DNA of 53,797 nucleotides, from contig JBDKGS010000003.1 in NCBI GenBank assembly GCA_039798065.1, forward strand, positions 1-53,797. Reading direction: 5' to 3'. The position numbers were made by a program, and so were the translations under genes. Positions 20,548 through 31,017 of this stretch are shown here, piece by piece. Origin of the DNA: Fibrobacterota bacterium (GTDB taxonomy: Bacteria; Fibrobacterota; Fibrobacteria; UBA5070). The first letter of the stretch is position 1; each line of letters starts with the position of its first letter. The notes beneath the pieces are model-generated. The model did no database searches, had not been told where the DNA came from, and saw only the letters and a list, made by a program, of their open reading frames with translations.

Positions 20548-23500
20548 GCGGTCACTCCAGGGCCGAACACCTCGGGGGTGCTGACAAATTTTGCGTGCCA
20601 TGCGGCAGAATCGTTCCCGAACACCACAACTTGAATCCCCTTGTCCGACGCCACAGCCAACATTTCGGGAGTTGGAGCATCGAGAAGCACCACGGCACGT
20701 TCGGTGCCGTAGAAGGCAAGGGCCACACCGGCATCACCTAGCGCGACATTCCATTTGCTGGGCGGGCGGAATCCACCGGACTCCATGGCTTCCTTCCATT
20801 TTCCGCCCAAGGAGTTCGCATCCACCGTTGCGGACTTTGTCGCATCGGCAGAACGTACCTGCGACCGAGCCAAGGCGAGCAACAATGCCTGGACATCTGC
20901 ATCACGCCGATCGATGCGTTCGTGGTCGGGCTGGTTGTAATACGACAACACGCAGCGATAGCATCCTGCTTGACAGGAATCGTCTTTCTGTGCCAGGACA
21001 CCACCCGCTTCGGGTATCTCGTAGTGCAGGATCTCCAGCGCCTTGCGCGCCACCTGGGCCATGGTTTCGGGATCCTTGGCCAACCGGGTCAAAACACCCG
21101 CGCCACCTTCGGCCGCTTCGTAGAACAGGATGGACAGCCGCGTGTCGCCCTTGGGCAACGGCTCAGCTACAAGCTCCGATTCCTCGATCTGAAAGGTCTG
21201 CTCGATGCCCCGTTTGAGCGCCGCCTGCAAGGTGGCCATGCAACTTTCTGTCAATGGCGTGGCCGGAGTGAGAATCAGGATGTTCCGATGATCTTCCACG
21301 TAGGGAACGATCCTCTGCGGAGGAACCTTGGTCTTTTCTTCGGGAGAGTCGTCGTGGTCTTGATCGTCGTCCTGCTTGCTCCAATGGCCTGTCAGGGGGT
21401 TGATGTAGAAGCCTTTCTCGTCCTTGTTCTTGCGACGACGCCACCCCAGGTTCACGCGCCAAATCCGTGCTGCAGGCGAATAGACCAGCTTGGCCAAGGG
21501 CTCTCCCTTGGCGTCCAGGACTTGCGCCTCCTGCTTCTGGATGGCCCCATCCGGACCGGGAAGGAAACGGTACGAGGTCTGCAACTCGAATCCTTGTCGT
21601 TGGCGTTCCTCGTCGTTCACCGAGATCCGTTCGACAGCTTTTGTCTCGACGGTCTCGATGCGGTACAATCCGCCCACACGATTTCCGTCCAACAAACGCT
21701 CGCCGCAATGATCGCAGACATTGGCCGTTGGATCGGGCAATTTTTCCGTCCCCAAGTGTCCATATCCGCAAACCGGACACACGCGCATGTCGATGGTAGG
21801 CAGCTGCGAAGTCGCCCCAATCGCCGCGACACCCGCCACGTTGAGCTTGACCCGATCGACACGGAACATGCGTCCTTCGTGGTAGATGAGGCTGCGCGGA
21901 CCAAATTCCGACAAGGCCAGGAACCGAGGCCGACTGACCATGTTCCCTTCGCGACCTTTGGCTTTGGCGCCGTTGCCCTTGTCGCCGGGAATCCAGGCCA
22001 TTAAGGGAAGGCGCGGGAAGTTGTAGCCTGGCAAAAAACCTTGCGAAGCCAAATAGCGGAACAGACCAAAATCTGAATTCTGGGTGTCGGCTTCACTCAT
22101 CAACAATCCATACTGGCGCACGGCATCGTGGTAACGCATCTGGGCGTTCTTGCGCTCGGTAGGCGGCGTCGCGTGACTTTCGATGAGGGCGTTGGCCATT
22201 TTCATCTGGACGCGAGTGGCTTCCACCAAGGTGCGCCAGCGTTCCAAGGATTGATCGAGATGCTGCGTGCAGCGCGACAATGTTTTGTCCAACCAATTTT
22301 CGTCATACCAGCTCACACCTTGCGAGGCGAACTCCTTCTCCAAGGCGGAAAGGATGGCGCTAGCCTGCACACGTGCTTTGGTCTTGACTGCTGGTCTCTC
22401 GAGTTGAGCACGCAAATCGGGCAGCAGAGGCTTTTCCGGAGCTTCCATGTCCAGAAGCGCCTTGATGCTCGACCCAAGGTTGATTTCCTGGCAACCAACC
22501 CAAATCGCATGAACATGGCTCTGGATCAGTTCGGCATTCGACAGATCCAACGTGGGCGCCTTCACCACACCATGCACCATCTCGGCGGGATTGTGGAAGA
22601 ACCACTGGTCGTGCGGGCTCATAGCCGCGCAATAAGTGACCACCAGCGCAGGCTGTCCCGAACGTCCCGCGCGACCGCTTCGCTGTGCGTAGTTGGCCGG
22701 TGTTGGCGGCACATTGCGCAGGTACACCGTGTTCAACGACGAGATATCCACGCCTAATTCCATGGTGGGCGAACAGAACAATACCGGCAGCCGTTCCAAC
22801 GGTTTTCCGTTTTCGCTGCGCCACCGTTTTTTGTCATCGGTGGTGAAACGGAACCGGCTTTCCAATTCCAACCGGCGGCTGCTTTCCACCTGGGCCGTAT
22901 GCTCGTGGGCTTCCAGCTCGAACAGCGGATGCGAGTCCTGCGAAAGCAAACCCGACATGGTCCCATACAGGAGCCGGAAGAACCGGTTGGTGGAATCGCG
23001 AGTCGGCGCAACGTCGAACGGCGTCAACTGCCAAACCAAGCGCGATGCCTTGAACAGCCACCCCTTCGACTCCCGGTCCAAAACCTCTTCGGAAAGGAAT
23101 CCCCATCCCTTGGCCGCTTCCAAGAAACTCAGCACAATCTCAGCGACCCGATCTCGCTTCCAACGCTGCACTTGCCCCTCGAAGGGGGTGCCTTGCCAGA
23201 AAGTGGCGCGCATGATGAGCGTCACCAGTTTCGAGCGCGGACCAGCACTGATAAACTCAGTCTTCCTCAGCTTCTTGTCGCCCGGCATGTTGCCGGTGAC
23301 CAGGTAGCTGGAGGTCTTCAGGATTTCGTCGGCGGCGAATCCCCACGGATCCTTGATGGTATTGAACGTTTTGGTCTTCGCCTGGTCCTGGTGTGCCGGA
23401 TCGAGGTAGATGGAATCGAGGCACAATCCGGTCCGCATTTCATCGAAGACCATTCGCGCCAATTTTTGGCGTGTCTCGGGAGAGAGTTCGGAGAGTACAG

Positions 23501-25781
23501 GACGATTGTGGAAACTCGCTTCGTGCGCACAGAATTCGTCAAGCGTGTCGTAGTCGATGCTCAACAACTCTAGCTGATCCAGATTGGGATTGTTGAACCG
23601 CCAACCTTTGCGCAGGTCGCGCAACAAGCGGTAACCCAACACGAATTTGATGGCCGACTGGGCGTCCTTGCGCTCCAACCCGATGGCTTCGGGATTGACC
23701 ATGTACTCGCCCAGAGCGCCGGGATCGTTGGAGCCAAATCCCAAGGCCTGGAAGACTTCTTCGGACAGATTCTGTTCGGTCAGAATTCCGCCCTTGCGTT
23801 GCAATCCACCGATCAATCCGGAACGCATGGTCACCAAGAAGATGAAGTCGTTGAAGTGTCCCGCTTGCAGGGCCGCATCCTGCCGGTTGTCCGAAAACCC
23901 GAGGATCTTGCGCAGATCGGGGGCACCTTCGGGAACATCCTGTTCGAACAACTGGAGCAAGGCGCTGAGCACCAGCATGGTCGTGGCCGACGAGCGACCT
24001 TCGCCCGACAGGCTCAGAAGACGATTTGTGTCTTTGCCTCTGGCCTCATGTGCGATGGCGCAATTCACGCAAAACTGGAATTTTCCCGGTACATACCAGT
24101 ACGACTGGTTGCCACCCTCGCTCCCCTTGTCGTCCAAGCGAACCACGGTGGGGACCGCGTGGGCATAACCAGGTTTGAGCCGCCACTCGCCCTTCTTGAA
24201 TTCCAACCAGTGATCGGGAAGGTTCTGGATGTCTCCGTCGAATTCCTGCCCACCGCGAAGAGGGACCAAGAAGCCTGGAACCGATCCGTTCGGATTTTGT
24301 CCTTGGTCATCGATGCTTCGCGGCACATAGGAATGGGACGATGGATCGTTCCAGACAGGCAGATGCTCTTGACCGCATTCCCGACAAAAATGGGCAGCGA
24401 ACAATGGCGTGTCGAACGGCCGGTTGGCGGCGAAGCGCTGGGCATCCAAAGTGACTTCGCGGGTTCCCTCGGCATCGAGGGTCACCATCACCTTGCCGGG
24501 ACCGCTCACAAACTGGTGCAGCTTGAATGCGAAGGGTTTGCGGCCATCAGGAGACGTCTGGTCATGCGCCTGTAGAAGAAAATCGGCCAACACGCTTTTC
24601 GCAACGGCCTGATCCACTCCGGAATCGGCCGCCAATTTCTCGGCCGCTTGCTCAAGGCTCAATGGAGTTGCCCGCTCGGGCCGTCCAACACCCTTCATGT
24701 GGATGCCCAAGGTCAGTTCGATCCAGATCGCCAACGGATCCCGACAAAATTCGTCGTAACTGGCCCAACGAGTCGATTCCGCTTCGACTCGTTCGCGAAG
24801 ACGATTTTTGACCGAAGCGATGTCCGATTTCTTGTCGGTCACGCGCTCCAGTGTTTCCTGGATCACGTTCGCGCTTTTGATCTCGGTTCCAAACAAACGG
24901 CTGGCGACTTCGGCAACCACCCGTTGCTTTTCGTGCTGCGTGCCAGTGCTCGACATGGTCGCCGAGGTTCCGATGCACACCAAGCTCCTGGCCTGCAAGC
25001 GCTCGCGCAAGCGTCGCACCAGCATGGCGACATCAGCTCCCTGTCGGCCGCGGTAGGTGTGAAGCTCGTCCAGCACGAGAAACTCCAGCCCGTGGCAATG
25101 TTCGATGACGCGCTGGTCCTTGTCGTTGAAGCGAGTCAACAACAGTTCCAACATCATGAAGTTGGTGAGAAGGATATCGGGAGGATCGTTCGCCAACCTC
25201 TCCTTTTCTTCCTGGTTCTCCTGTCCCGTATAACGCCCCACCGTGAACGGCAGAGGGTTCATCCCATGCTGGAACTTCTTGAGTTCCTCCAACTGGCTGT
25301 TCGCCAATGCGTTCATAGGGTAGATGACGATCGCACGCGTCCTGGGAGCTGGATCCAACTCCTTGGCCTTGAGGATGCTATTCACAATCGGCAAGAAGAA
25401 GGTCATGGATTTGCCCGACCCAGTACCGGTGGTGACGACGTAGCTCTCGCCCCTGGCCGCCAAGGCCAAAGCTTCGGTCTGGTGCGTGTAGAGCCGCAGA
25501 TCCTTGGGATTCCCATCGGGCTTGTCGCGACGGAAAATGTCGGCACACAGCGGGTGCAACGCACCCTCACCAGACAATTCCTGTACGGTCTTGTCCTGCT
25601 GGTAGAACGGATTGATCTGGAGCAGGGGATCGGGCCAGAACCGTTTTTTGTCGTATTCGGCGTCGACCTTGGCGCGGATATCGGGTGCGGCGATGCGCAC
25701 GAAGCTTCGCGAGAAGCTCGCGTACTCGTTCACCAGCCGGTCGCGGAAGTCGAAAATCGGGGTATTGGCGCTAGGCTTCAT
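20544..25781 (-). CDS. YprA/DruE-like SF2 helicase with C-terminal DUF1998 zinc site
   Basis: [53 protein letters not shown]...CQAGCYRC. 1745 aa. Confidence 0.92.
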   Translation of the reverse strand: MKPSANTPIFDFRDRLVNEYASFSRSFVRIAAPDIRAKVDAEYDKKRFWPDPLLQINPFYQQDKTVQELSGEGALHPLCADIFRRDKPDGNPKDLRLYTHQTEALALAARGESYVVTTGTGSGKSMTFFLPIVNSILKAKELDPAPRTRAIVIYPMNALANSQLEELKKFQHGMNPLPFTVGRYTGQENQEEKERLANDPPDILLTNFMMLELLLTRFNDKDQRVIEHCHGLEFLVLDELHTYRGRQGADVAMLVRRLRERLQARSLVCIGTSATMSSTGTQHEKQRVVAEVASRLFGTEIKSANVIQETLERVTDKKSDIASVKNRLRERVEAESTRWASYDEFCRDPLAIWIELTLGIHMKGVGRPERATPLSLEQAAEKLAADSGVDQAVAKSVLADFLLQAHDQTSPDGRKPFAFKLHQFVSGPGKVMVTLDAEGTREVTLDAQRFAANRPFDTPLFAAHFCRECGQEHLPVWNDPSSHSYVPRSIDDQGQNPNGSVPGFLVPLRGGQEFDGDIQNLPDHWLEFKKGEWRLKPGYAHAVPTVVRLDDKGSEGGNQSYWYVPGKFQFCVNCAIAHEARGKDTNRLLSLSGEGRSSATTMLVLSALLQLFEQDVPEGAPDLRKILGFSDNRQDAALQAGHFNDFIFLVTMRSGLIGGLQRKGGILTEQNLSEEVFQALGFGSNDPGALGEYMVNPEAIGLERKDAQSAIKFVLGYRLLRDLRKGWRFNNPNLDQLELLSIDYDTLDEFCAHEASFHNRPVLSELSPETRQKLARMVFDEMRTGLCLDSIYLDPAHQDQAKTKTFNTIKDPWGFAADEILKTSSYLVTGNMPGDKKLRKTEFISAGPRSKLVTLIMRATFWQGTPFEGQVQRWKRDRVAEIVLSFLEAAKGWGFLSEEVLDRESKGWLFKASRLVWQLTPFDVAPTRDSTNRFFRLLYGTMSGLLSQDSHPLFELEAHEHTAQVESSRRLELESRFRFTTDDKKRWRSENGKPLERLPVLFCSPTMELGVDISSLNTVYLRNVPPTPANYAQRSGRAGRSGQPALVVTYCAAMSPHDQWFFHNPAEMVHGVVKAPTLDLSNAELIQSHVHAIWVGCQEINLGSSIKALLDMEAPEKPLLPDLRAQLERPAVKTKARVQASAILSALEKEFASQGVSWYDENWLDKTLSRCTQHLDQSLERWRTLVEATRVQMKMANALIESHATPPTERKNAQMRYHDAVRQYGLLMSEADTQNSDFGLFRYLASQGFLPGYNFPRLPLMAWIPGDKGNGAKAKGREGNMVSRPRFLALSEFGPRSLIYHEGRMFRVDRVKLNVAGVAAIGATSQLPTIDMRVCPVCGYGHLGTEKLPDPTANVCDHCGERLLDGNRVGGLYRIETVETKAVERISVNDEERQRQGFELQTSYRFLPGPDGAIQKQEAQVLDAKGEPLAKLVYSPAARIWRVNLGWRRRKNKDEKGFYINPLTGHWSKQDDDQDHDDSPEEKTKVPPQRIVPYVEDHRNILILTPATPLTESCMATLQAALKRGIEQTFQIEESELVAEPLPKGDTRLSILFYEAAEGGAGVLTRLAKDPETMAQVARKALEILHYEIPEAGGVLAQKDDSCQAGCYRCVLSYYNQPDHERIDRRDADVQALLLALARSQVRSADATKSATVDANSLGGKWKEAMESGGFRPPSKWNVALGDAGVALAFYGTERAVVLLDAPTPEMLAVASDKGIQVVVFGNDSAAWHAKFVSTPEVFGPGVTA

Positions 25782-25957
25782 GCTTCATTGGCTCCACCGG
25801 CTCGCACCCATGAATCGACGTCGTCACGCTTGAACTTCCAGAACCGTCCCACCTTGTGCCCGGGCATGCCTTTGGCATTGACCCAGGTGTAGATGGTGTC
25901 CTTTGCGACACCCAAATATTCGGCGATTTCGTCCACGGAGAGCCAACGATCGGTCAT
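25778..25957 (-). CDS. Excisionase-family (HTH_17) DNA-binding protein
   Basis: [22 protein letters not shown]...[16 protein letters not shown] overlap with the helicase start. Confidence 0.9.
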   Translation of the reverse strand: MTDRWLSVDEIAEYLGVAKDTIYTWVNAKGMPGHKVGRFWKFKRDDVDSWVRAGGANEA

Positions 25958-25971
25958 AGGGTTCAAACCTA

Positions 25972-26030
25972 GTTATTGCGGGTTTGGTTGGGTTTGGCTG
26001 GAACCGCGTTTGTTGGATTGGATCGTCGCT
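25972..26030. promoter_or_regulatory. 10-bp-period direct repeats upstream of the HTH gene (candidate autoregulatory site)
   Basis: GGTTTGGTTG GGTTTGGCTG at 25981-26000, with degenerate flanking copies. Confidence 0.45.
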
Positions 26031-26047
26031 CAAGTTCATCCTGTTGC

Positions 26048-26509
26048 TCAAAACCCCACCTCCTTCCACCCCACCTCGTACACCAACCTCGCCGCGTCGC
26101 GCCTGCCCTCCACACCTTCCGGCAGCGCCCAACACCACGATGTTTGCTGTCCTGGCAGCAGGATCACATCCGTCTCACCCTGTCTATTGCCCGTGGCCAG
26201 ATCGGTGCTGTGACCGGATTCCGTCACTTTGGTCCACCACTCCACCTTCCGAACAGTCTGGTCGCTCCCGTTGCGCACCAGGACCAATAGTGAGTTTCGT
26301 CGTTTCTTGTCACCGCACAACAGCGTGTCGTACCGAACAGAAACCGTCACCGCCGCCTCGCGCCGCGCGTGTTCGTCCTGCGGAGCCTTGATGGCGAAGT
26401 ACCAGATCCCCACAGCCACCAACGCCACCAATCCGACCAAGGCCAGAGCGCACCCTGGCTCGTGCAAAAAGAAGACCACCGTGGCAACGAGAACGATCAC
26501 CCAGATCAC
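26048..26509 (-). CDS. Hypothetical membrane-anchored protein
   Basis: Two hydrophobic N-terminal segments. GTGA overlap with the vWA gene. Confidence 0.7.
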   Translation of the reverse strand: MIWVIVLVATVVFFLHEPGCALALVGLVALVAVGIWYFAIKAPQDEHARREAAVTVSVRYDTLLCGDKKRRNSLLVLVRNGSDQTVRKVEWWTKVTESGHSTDLATGNRQGETDVILLPGQQTSWCWALPEGVEGRRDAARLVYEVGWKEVGF

Positions 26510-27102
26510 GACCTCCCCCTACCCCGCGTGCGCGTCACCCGCTCCTCCATTTCGCACATCGCCAACGCCAAGCCATCCGGCGACGGATCGAACGCCGTGG
26601 CATCGGCCGCCTGGATGCCCATCTCCTTGGCCTGCTCCAGCCAGCTCGGCGAGGCCCCCAGGAACAGGAATTCCCATCCGTAAGAATCTGTCTGGTGCCG
26701 AATCCGCTTGGCCACGTCCTGGGCGGCAAAACGACGGCTGGAATTCTCCTCGCCGTCGGTGAGGATGGCGAACACCACCTTGCCCGGTCGTTGCGCTTCC
26801 GGAAGGCTTGCCAATTTCCGTCCCACCCGGTCAATGGTGCTTCCCACCGCGTCGTACAAGGCCGTGTTGCCGCCCGGCGTGTAGGCATGCAGGTCCAGCA
26901 CCGCTTCCGAGACCGGCAGGTTCTCCCACGTGGTCCAGACCTCGTCCGAGAACTGGACCAGCGTCGCGGTGGCCTTGCCGGGCAGGGCGCGTTGCTGCGA
27001 CAAGAATTGGTTGAAGCCGTCCACGGCCATGCGGCGCAAGGGCTCCATGGAACCGGACCGATCGAGGACGAAGACGATGTGGGTGAGTTCGAGGTCGGGC
27101 AC
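26506..27102 (-). CDS. Stand-alone vWA domain protein
   Basis: MIDAS motif DRSGS, TALYDA, ILTDGEENSS, WEFLFLGA. AGGAG RBS before the GTG at 27102. Confidence 0.88.
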   Translation of the reverse strand: MPDLELTHIVFVLDRSGSMEPLRRMAVDGFNQFLSQQRALPGKATATLVQFSDEVWTTWENLPVSEAVLDLHAYTPGGNTALYDAVGSTIDRVGRKLASLPEAQRPGKVVFAILTDGEENSSRRFAAQDVAKRIRHQTDSYGWEFLFLGASPSWLEQAKEMGIQAADATAFDPSPDGLALAMCEMEERVTRTRGRGRS

Positions 27103-27195
27103 GGGAGGTCTCCTGGGAGGTTGTTGGGAGGAATCGGCGCAAACCACGCCGCTGCTGGATCCAACCTATCCCGCACTCCCCTCTCTCCCCAAAGC

Positions 27196-27216
27196 GTGTC
27201 TCCCAATGAAGGACAC
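27196..27216. promoter_or_regulatory. GTGTC-N11-GACAC motif, copy 1
   Basis: GTGTC tcccaatgaag GACAC. Confidence 0.6.
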
Positions 27217-27282
27217 CCCACCTGCACACGCGTACACAGGCGCACCTCCACGGACACCGACAAACGCACATTTTCTGCGAGG

Positions 27283-27303
27283 GTGTCACCAAATGCGGGA
27301 CAC
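27283..27303. promoter_or_regulatory. GTGTC-N11-GACAC motif, copy 2
   Basis: GTGTC accaaatgcgg GACAC; arms extend to GGGTGTC/GACACCC. Confidence 0.65.
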
Positions 27304-27431
27304 CCCCAATTTTCAGAGATTCGCCCCCCCCGGAACCATTGCCTTGCGATGGCCAGGCTATTACAGGCGCAGAAAACCGCTCCATGCGATCGTCAGCCTA
27401 TAACACGGTTCTCCCCATTCAACTCAGCCGG

Positions 27432-27902
27432 TCACATCCACTCGCAGCCATGGTCCCCCACCACCGAATCGATTTCCTGGAAGCTGAACTTCTTCCCATC
27501 GGCCCGCTTGTACTCCATCCGGTACACCACCGCGCCCTGCGTGTCCATCTCGTAGCGTCCGCCTTTTCCTCCCGGAACCGATTCCTGCCACACCGTGCGG
27601 ATCAAGGAGGGTCGCCCTTCCGGACCGCCCTCGATTTCCTGTTCGGACACCTGCTTGACCTCGATCGTGCCGCTTCCTTTGCGATAGGCCACCGATGCCG
27701 ATTTCTGTCCGTCGCCGGGAAAGTTGAACTGGAGCTGGATGGGTGCTTTCCGGCCTTGACTCTCGAAACAACGAAATGTCTGCGCGAATGCGCCACAACA
27801 AAGAACCAGGATTCCCATAGCGCTTTTTGACGCAATCGTTTGGGCAGATCTTGTCACGACGCTCGATGAGACCCGAATGGGTTTGATGCAGGAAATCGGC
27901 AT
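27432..27902 (-). CDS. Hypothetical secreted protein
   Basis: GGAGG RBS before ATG 27902 (alternative start 27818); signal-like GILVLCCGAFA; one Cys near each end of the mature part. Confidence 0.7.
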   Translation of the reverse strand: MPISCIKPIRVSSSVVTRSAQTIASKSAMGILVLCCGAFAQTFRCFESQGRKAPIQLQFNFPGDGQKSASVAYRKGSGTIEVKQVSEQEIEGGPEGRPSLIRTVWQESVPGGKGGRYEMDTQGAVVYRMEYKRADGKKFSFQEIDSVVGDHGCEWM

Positions 27903-28029
27903 TCGATCCTCCATTGTGATTGAAGCGTTAAGGAGACTTACAAAGCATAGCCAAACTTGGAGATTCGCTTGCACGAGGCTCGAACCTTGATCTGCGTCAT
28001 GTTTGCCCAAAGACACTTGGAACTCGAAG

Positions 28030-28050
28030 GCGTTTCCAAATGCGGGACAC
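28030..28050. promoter_or_regulatory. GTGTC-N11-GACAC motif, copy 3 (left arm degenerate)
   Basis: GCGTT tccaaatgcgg GACAC. Confidence 0.55.
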
Positions 28051-28195
28051 CTGCAAATTTTTGTCCTCTCAGGCCAATTGCTCCATTCTGCCAACAGAAC
28101 CGGATATTTACCTTGATATTCATTGCCCGTTCGGCTAAGCCAGCCTCTCCCCCTACCCTTGCCGCCTCCCCTAAAAATTTCGGATTCATCCCCCA

Positions 28196-29794
28196 ATGAC
28201 CTCACATGCGTTCCGCTCCAGCAAAGCTCACTCCGGCCCCAAGCTCCTGGATCAATCGAATGCCCACCCAGGAAACGTCGACCTTTCCATTTTCGAACGA
28301 CGAGCGGCGAACACGAACTCCTCGTCCAGTGGACAAGGCACCGTCAACAGTCAATATCTGACCGAATGCAGACAGGACAACCCGGATCCACCCGCCACCA
28401 CCGCAACGGCAGGTCGTGCCACGCTTTCCGGGTGCCGCGTGACGACACCTGTGGAAGAGTTGCGGCTCAACGAGGACTTCGAAGTCGCTGTCGATGTCGC
28501 CTTCGAAGGCGAAGGCGATGCCAGCCAGACATCGTTTACCCTGTTCTACCACCGCACCAAGGACGGCCAGCCCACGCGAGACAAAATCTGGACGGTCGTG
28601 GGAAAGGTGGAACCCGCGAGCTCGTCGACGATCGTCGTCAAGGCCCGGAACAAACTGATGCAAGAAGTCGACTTCAAACCGGGCGACACGTTGTCGTTCG
28701 AGGTGGAAGCGACGCATCCGTCGGCCTCGGCCCCTGCCCCGTCTCCACGCACCGATGTCGCGTGCAGGACGTTGGTCCGCTGGTTCGGCGGCGACGAACT
28801 GCATTTCCGAAACGATGGCGAATTTCCGCTTCTTGGCGACAAGGGTGCACTCGTCCAGATTCTGGCCAAAGCGGTCCACCGCCTGTCCCACCCCGAGAAC
28901 GGCAGCCGCGAAACGCTGATCTGCTTCGGGTACGCGAGCAGTTCGGGAAACCCCGCCCACAACCGGAAATTGTCGTTGCGCCGTGCCCAGGCCGTGAAGG
29001 CCTTGCTGGATCGCAACCAGACCGCCTGGGCGGATCTGGCCAAAGCGAATTTCGAGACCATCGACATCCAGCAATTTTTGTCCGACCTCCACAAGTCGTG
29101 CGGCTGGTTCTGCGACCCCAAGATGGTCGACGGTATCGATGGCTACAAGACAAAGCGGGCGATCGAAGCCTTCCAACGCGAATGCAACGCGCGATACAAA
29201 CTGGGGCTTGTTGAAGACGGAATCTGCGGGCCCAAAACCTGGGCTGCGGCGATGCGTGCGATCCATGGCGAAGTGATGGATGCGCTCGGCGAGGATCCGG
29301 CAAAGGAACCATCGTGGCCCAAACCCGACTGGGGCAACGGCGGCAAAGGGGTGTACGCCAACGGCGAGGACTTCGCGACGGGTGGCGACAAACCCGATGA
29401 GCGCAGTGTCCAGATCGCGTTCTTCGCTCCCGGAAGCGAACCCAGGCTGGTCGACAAGCTCGATTCCTCTGTGACAATTTCCGACAACCCGATCCACGAC
29501 GAAGCCAAGATCGAGCGACTGAAATTGGCGCAGGACGAGAAGGTCGTGGAGGTCTTCTTCCGCGACTCCACCGGACAGAAAGTGACATCTGCCAAACCGG
29601 GCACCACGCTTTCCCTTGTCGTCCAATCCAAAGGTCTCTCCGGCACCAAGATCGACGTCAACCTGCGCTCGTCGCCGCTGGGATTCAGCTACCAGGATCG
29701 GGTTCTGACCGATGGATTTCTTCGACAAATTCCGGTAACCGGCGACGAAATGATCGTCCCTCTCAAGGTCGTCAAGAAGGCGGGCCAAGCATGA
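28196..29794 (+). CDS. OmpA-like + peptidoglycan-binding domain protein without an obvious signal peptide
   Basis: GYASSSGNPAHNRKLSLRRAQAV (OmpA_C-like); VDGIDGYKTKRAIEAFQ...LVEDGICGPKTW (PG_binding_1). Confidence 0.8.
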   Translation: MTSHAFRSSKAHSGPKLLDQSNAHPGNVDLSIFERRAANTNSSSSGQGTVNSQYLTECRQDNPDPPATTATAGRATLSGCRVTTPVEELRLNEDFEVAVDVAFEGEGDASQTSFTLFYHRTKDGQPTRDKIWTVVGKVEPASSSTIVVKARNKLMQEVDFKPGDTLSFEVEATHPSASAPAPSPRTDVACRTLVRWFGGDELHFRNDGEFPLLGDKGALVQILAKAVHRLSHPENGSRETLICFGYASSSGNPAHNRKLSLRRAQAVKALLDRNQTAWADLAKANFETIDIQQFLSDLHKSCGWFCDPKMVDGIDGYKTKRAIEAFQRECNARYKLGLVEDGICGPKTWAAAMRAIHGEVMDALGEDPAKEPSWPKPDWGNGGKGVYANGEDFATGGDKPDERSVQIAFFAPGSEPRLVDKLDSSVTISDNPIHDEAKIERLKLAQDEKVVEVFFRDSTGQKVTSAKPGTTLSLVVQSKGLSGTKIDVNLRSSPLGFSYQDRVLTDGFLRQIPVTGDEMIVPLKVVKKAGQA

Positions 29795-31017
29795 GCAACA
29801 TTGCATCCACGATATCATCGAAGCCGCTTCTGTCTTTCCTGAATCTTGAATGTGACGAATTTCTGCCCGTGGTCAGTTTGGATCTCGAGCACTTCAAGTC
29901 ACCCACCGTGACCAAGCGCAACGACAAGAACTACAACATGACCATCGCGCAATCTTTGCTGCCGGATCGTTATCCAAAAGTGGCGCGCCAATTTCAACGG
30001 CCGCGATCAACCCGAATCGTTTTGAAAAATCGAGAAGTTCAGTTCGATTCACGAATTCCGATCGGCGCCAGAGTGGCACAAATCCCCCTCGTCATCACCG
30101 ATCCAGGTCGATTCCGATACAGATTTCTCGTCGAAAGTTCAGGCTCATCTCTGGATAAGGACGGAATTCTCATCGCGAAGCTCTCTCCAAACTCCCAGGA
30201 CCTCGCGGTTCGCATCACCTCCGAAACTCGCGTTCTGACAAAAATTGGTGAAATACTCGAATTGGAGCTGCAGATCGACGGGATGCACCCGAGAGATTTC
30301 CGAATTGATTTCTTCGCGAGTGATGATCAGGACGATTTCAACGTTGGAGAACACGCCGACGTACACTGTGGCAGCCTAGACTTCCGTGTACGCCAGGTAA
30401 CCAAGGTCGGGCTCGAGCTCGTCCAGCTTCTATCTGCACTTGGTAAAGCACCCCCAGGCTACGACATTGGCTTCAACCACAAATCAGAAACAAAAGCGGA
30501 CGTAGAGAAGAGTCAAACCGAAGCCCTGCGCTACGTGGACTGCGGCGGCATCTGCTATGCCACTGCTCGAGCCCGAGCCAATGAAGCCTTTCGACGGATC
30601 CTCGGCAAGCCGGTTTTGGACCTGACGTTTTCGAACAAAAACCTGGATCACGCGATTTCATCCGCGCAAAACGGAAGTCATCCATTGTCGATCTATGGGG
30701 TCGGAGGAGCGGTCGCCCGCAATGGCTATGGAGTAACCTTATCAGAGGACCAGTGCTGGGCAGGATTGCTCCAACCAGGCGCCCTTCTTCAGATCTGGTA
30801 CGATTTCAAAAACCTGGCAAGCCCCTATAAAACAGAGCGCTACCACAAATACGCGTTTGGGCACTCCTACATTTTCATCGAGTACATCTTCGACGATCTC
30901 GGCGATGTGATCGGCATCGTTTATATCGACAACCACGGATCCCATTACTTGTACAAACCTGTAGATTTGGCAGAGAACCTCCTGCTTGGAACGAACATTC
31001 TGGATACCCACAAGTGA
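29791..31017 (+). CDS. Hypothetical protein with a candidate C-terminal papain-like/NlpC-P60 Cys-His-Asp domain
   Basis: VDCGGICY, LQPGALLQIW, GHSYIF, YIDNHG. ATGA overlap with the upstream gene. Lower GC than its neighbours by eye. Confidence 0.6.
   Translation: MSNIASTISSKPLLSFLNLECDEFLPVVSLDLEHFKSPTVTKRNDKNYNMTIAQSLLPDRYPKVARQFQRPRSTRIVLKNREVQFDSRIPIGARVAQIPLVITDPGRFRYRFLVESSGSSLDKDGILIAKLSPNSQDLAVRITSETRVLTKIGEILELELQIDGMHPRDFRIDFFASDDQDDFNVGEHADVHCGSLDFRVRQVTKVGLELVQLLSALGKAPPGYDIGFNHKSETKADVEKSQTEALRYVDCGGICYATARARANEAFRRILGKPVLDLTFSNKNLDHAISSAQNGSHPLSIYGVGGAVARNGYGVTLSEDQCWAGLLQPGALLQIWYDFKNLASPYKTERYHKYAFGHSYIFIEYIFDDLGDVIGIVYIDNHGSHYLYKPVDLAENLLLGTNILDTHK

Noticed and set aside
13568-25781. 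Canonical DISARM, BREX, Dpd or Druantia call
   Set aside because: There is no drmC PLD, pglZ/brxC, dpdA or druH/druA partner gene.
25778-25957. Prophage or ICE excisionase
   Set aside because: No integrase, phage or conjugation genes nearby, and the gene is coupled to the helicase operon.
28202-29818. Long antisense ORFs (also 19624-20634, 24648-25892, 47960-49867 and others)
   Set aside because: They are shadows of GC-rich genes on the opposite strand and carry no motifs.
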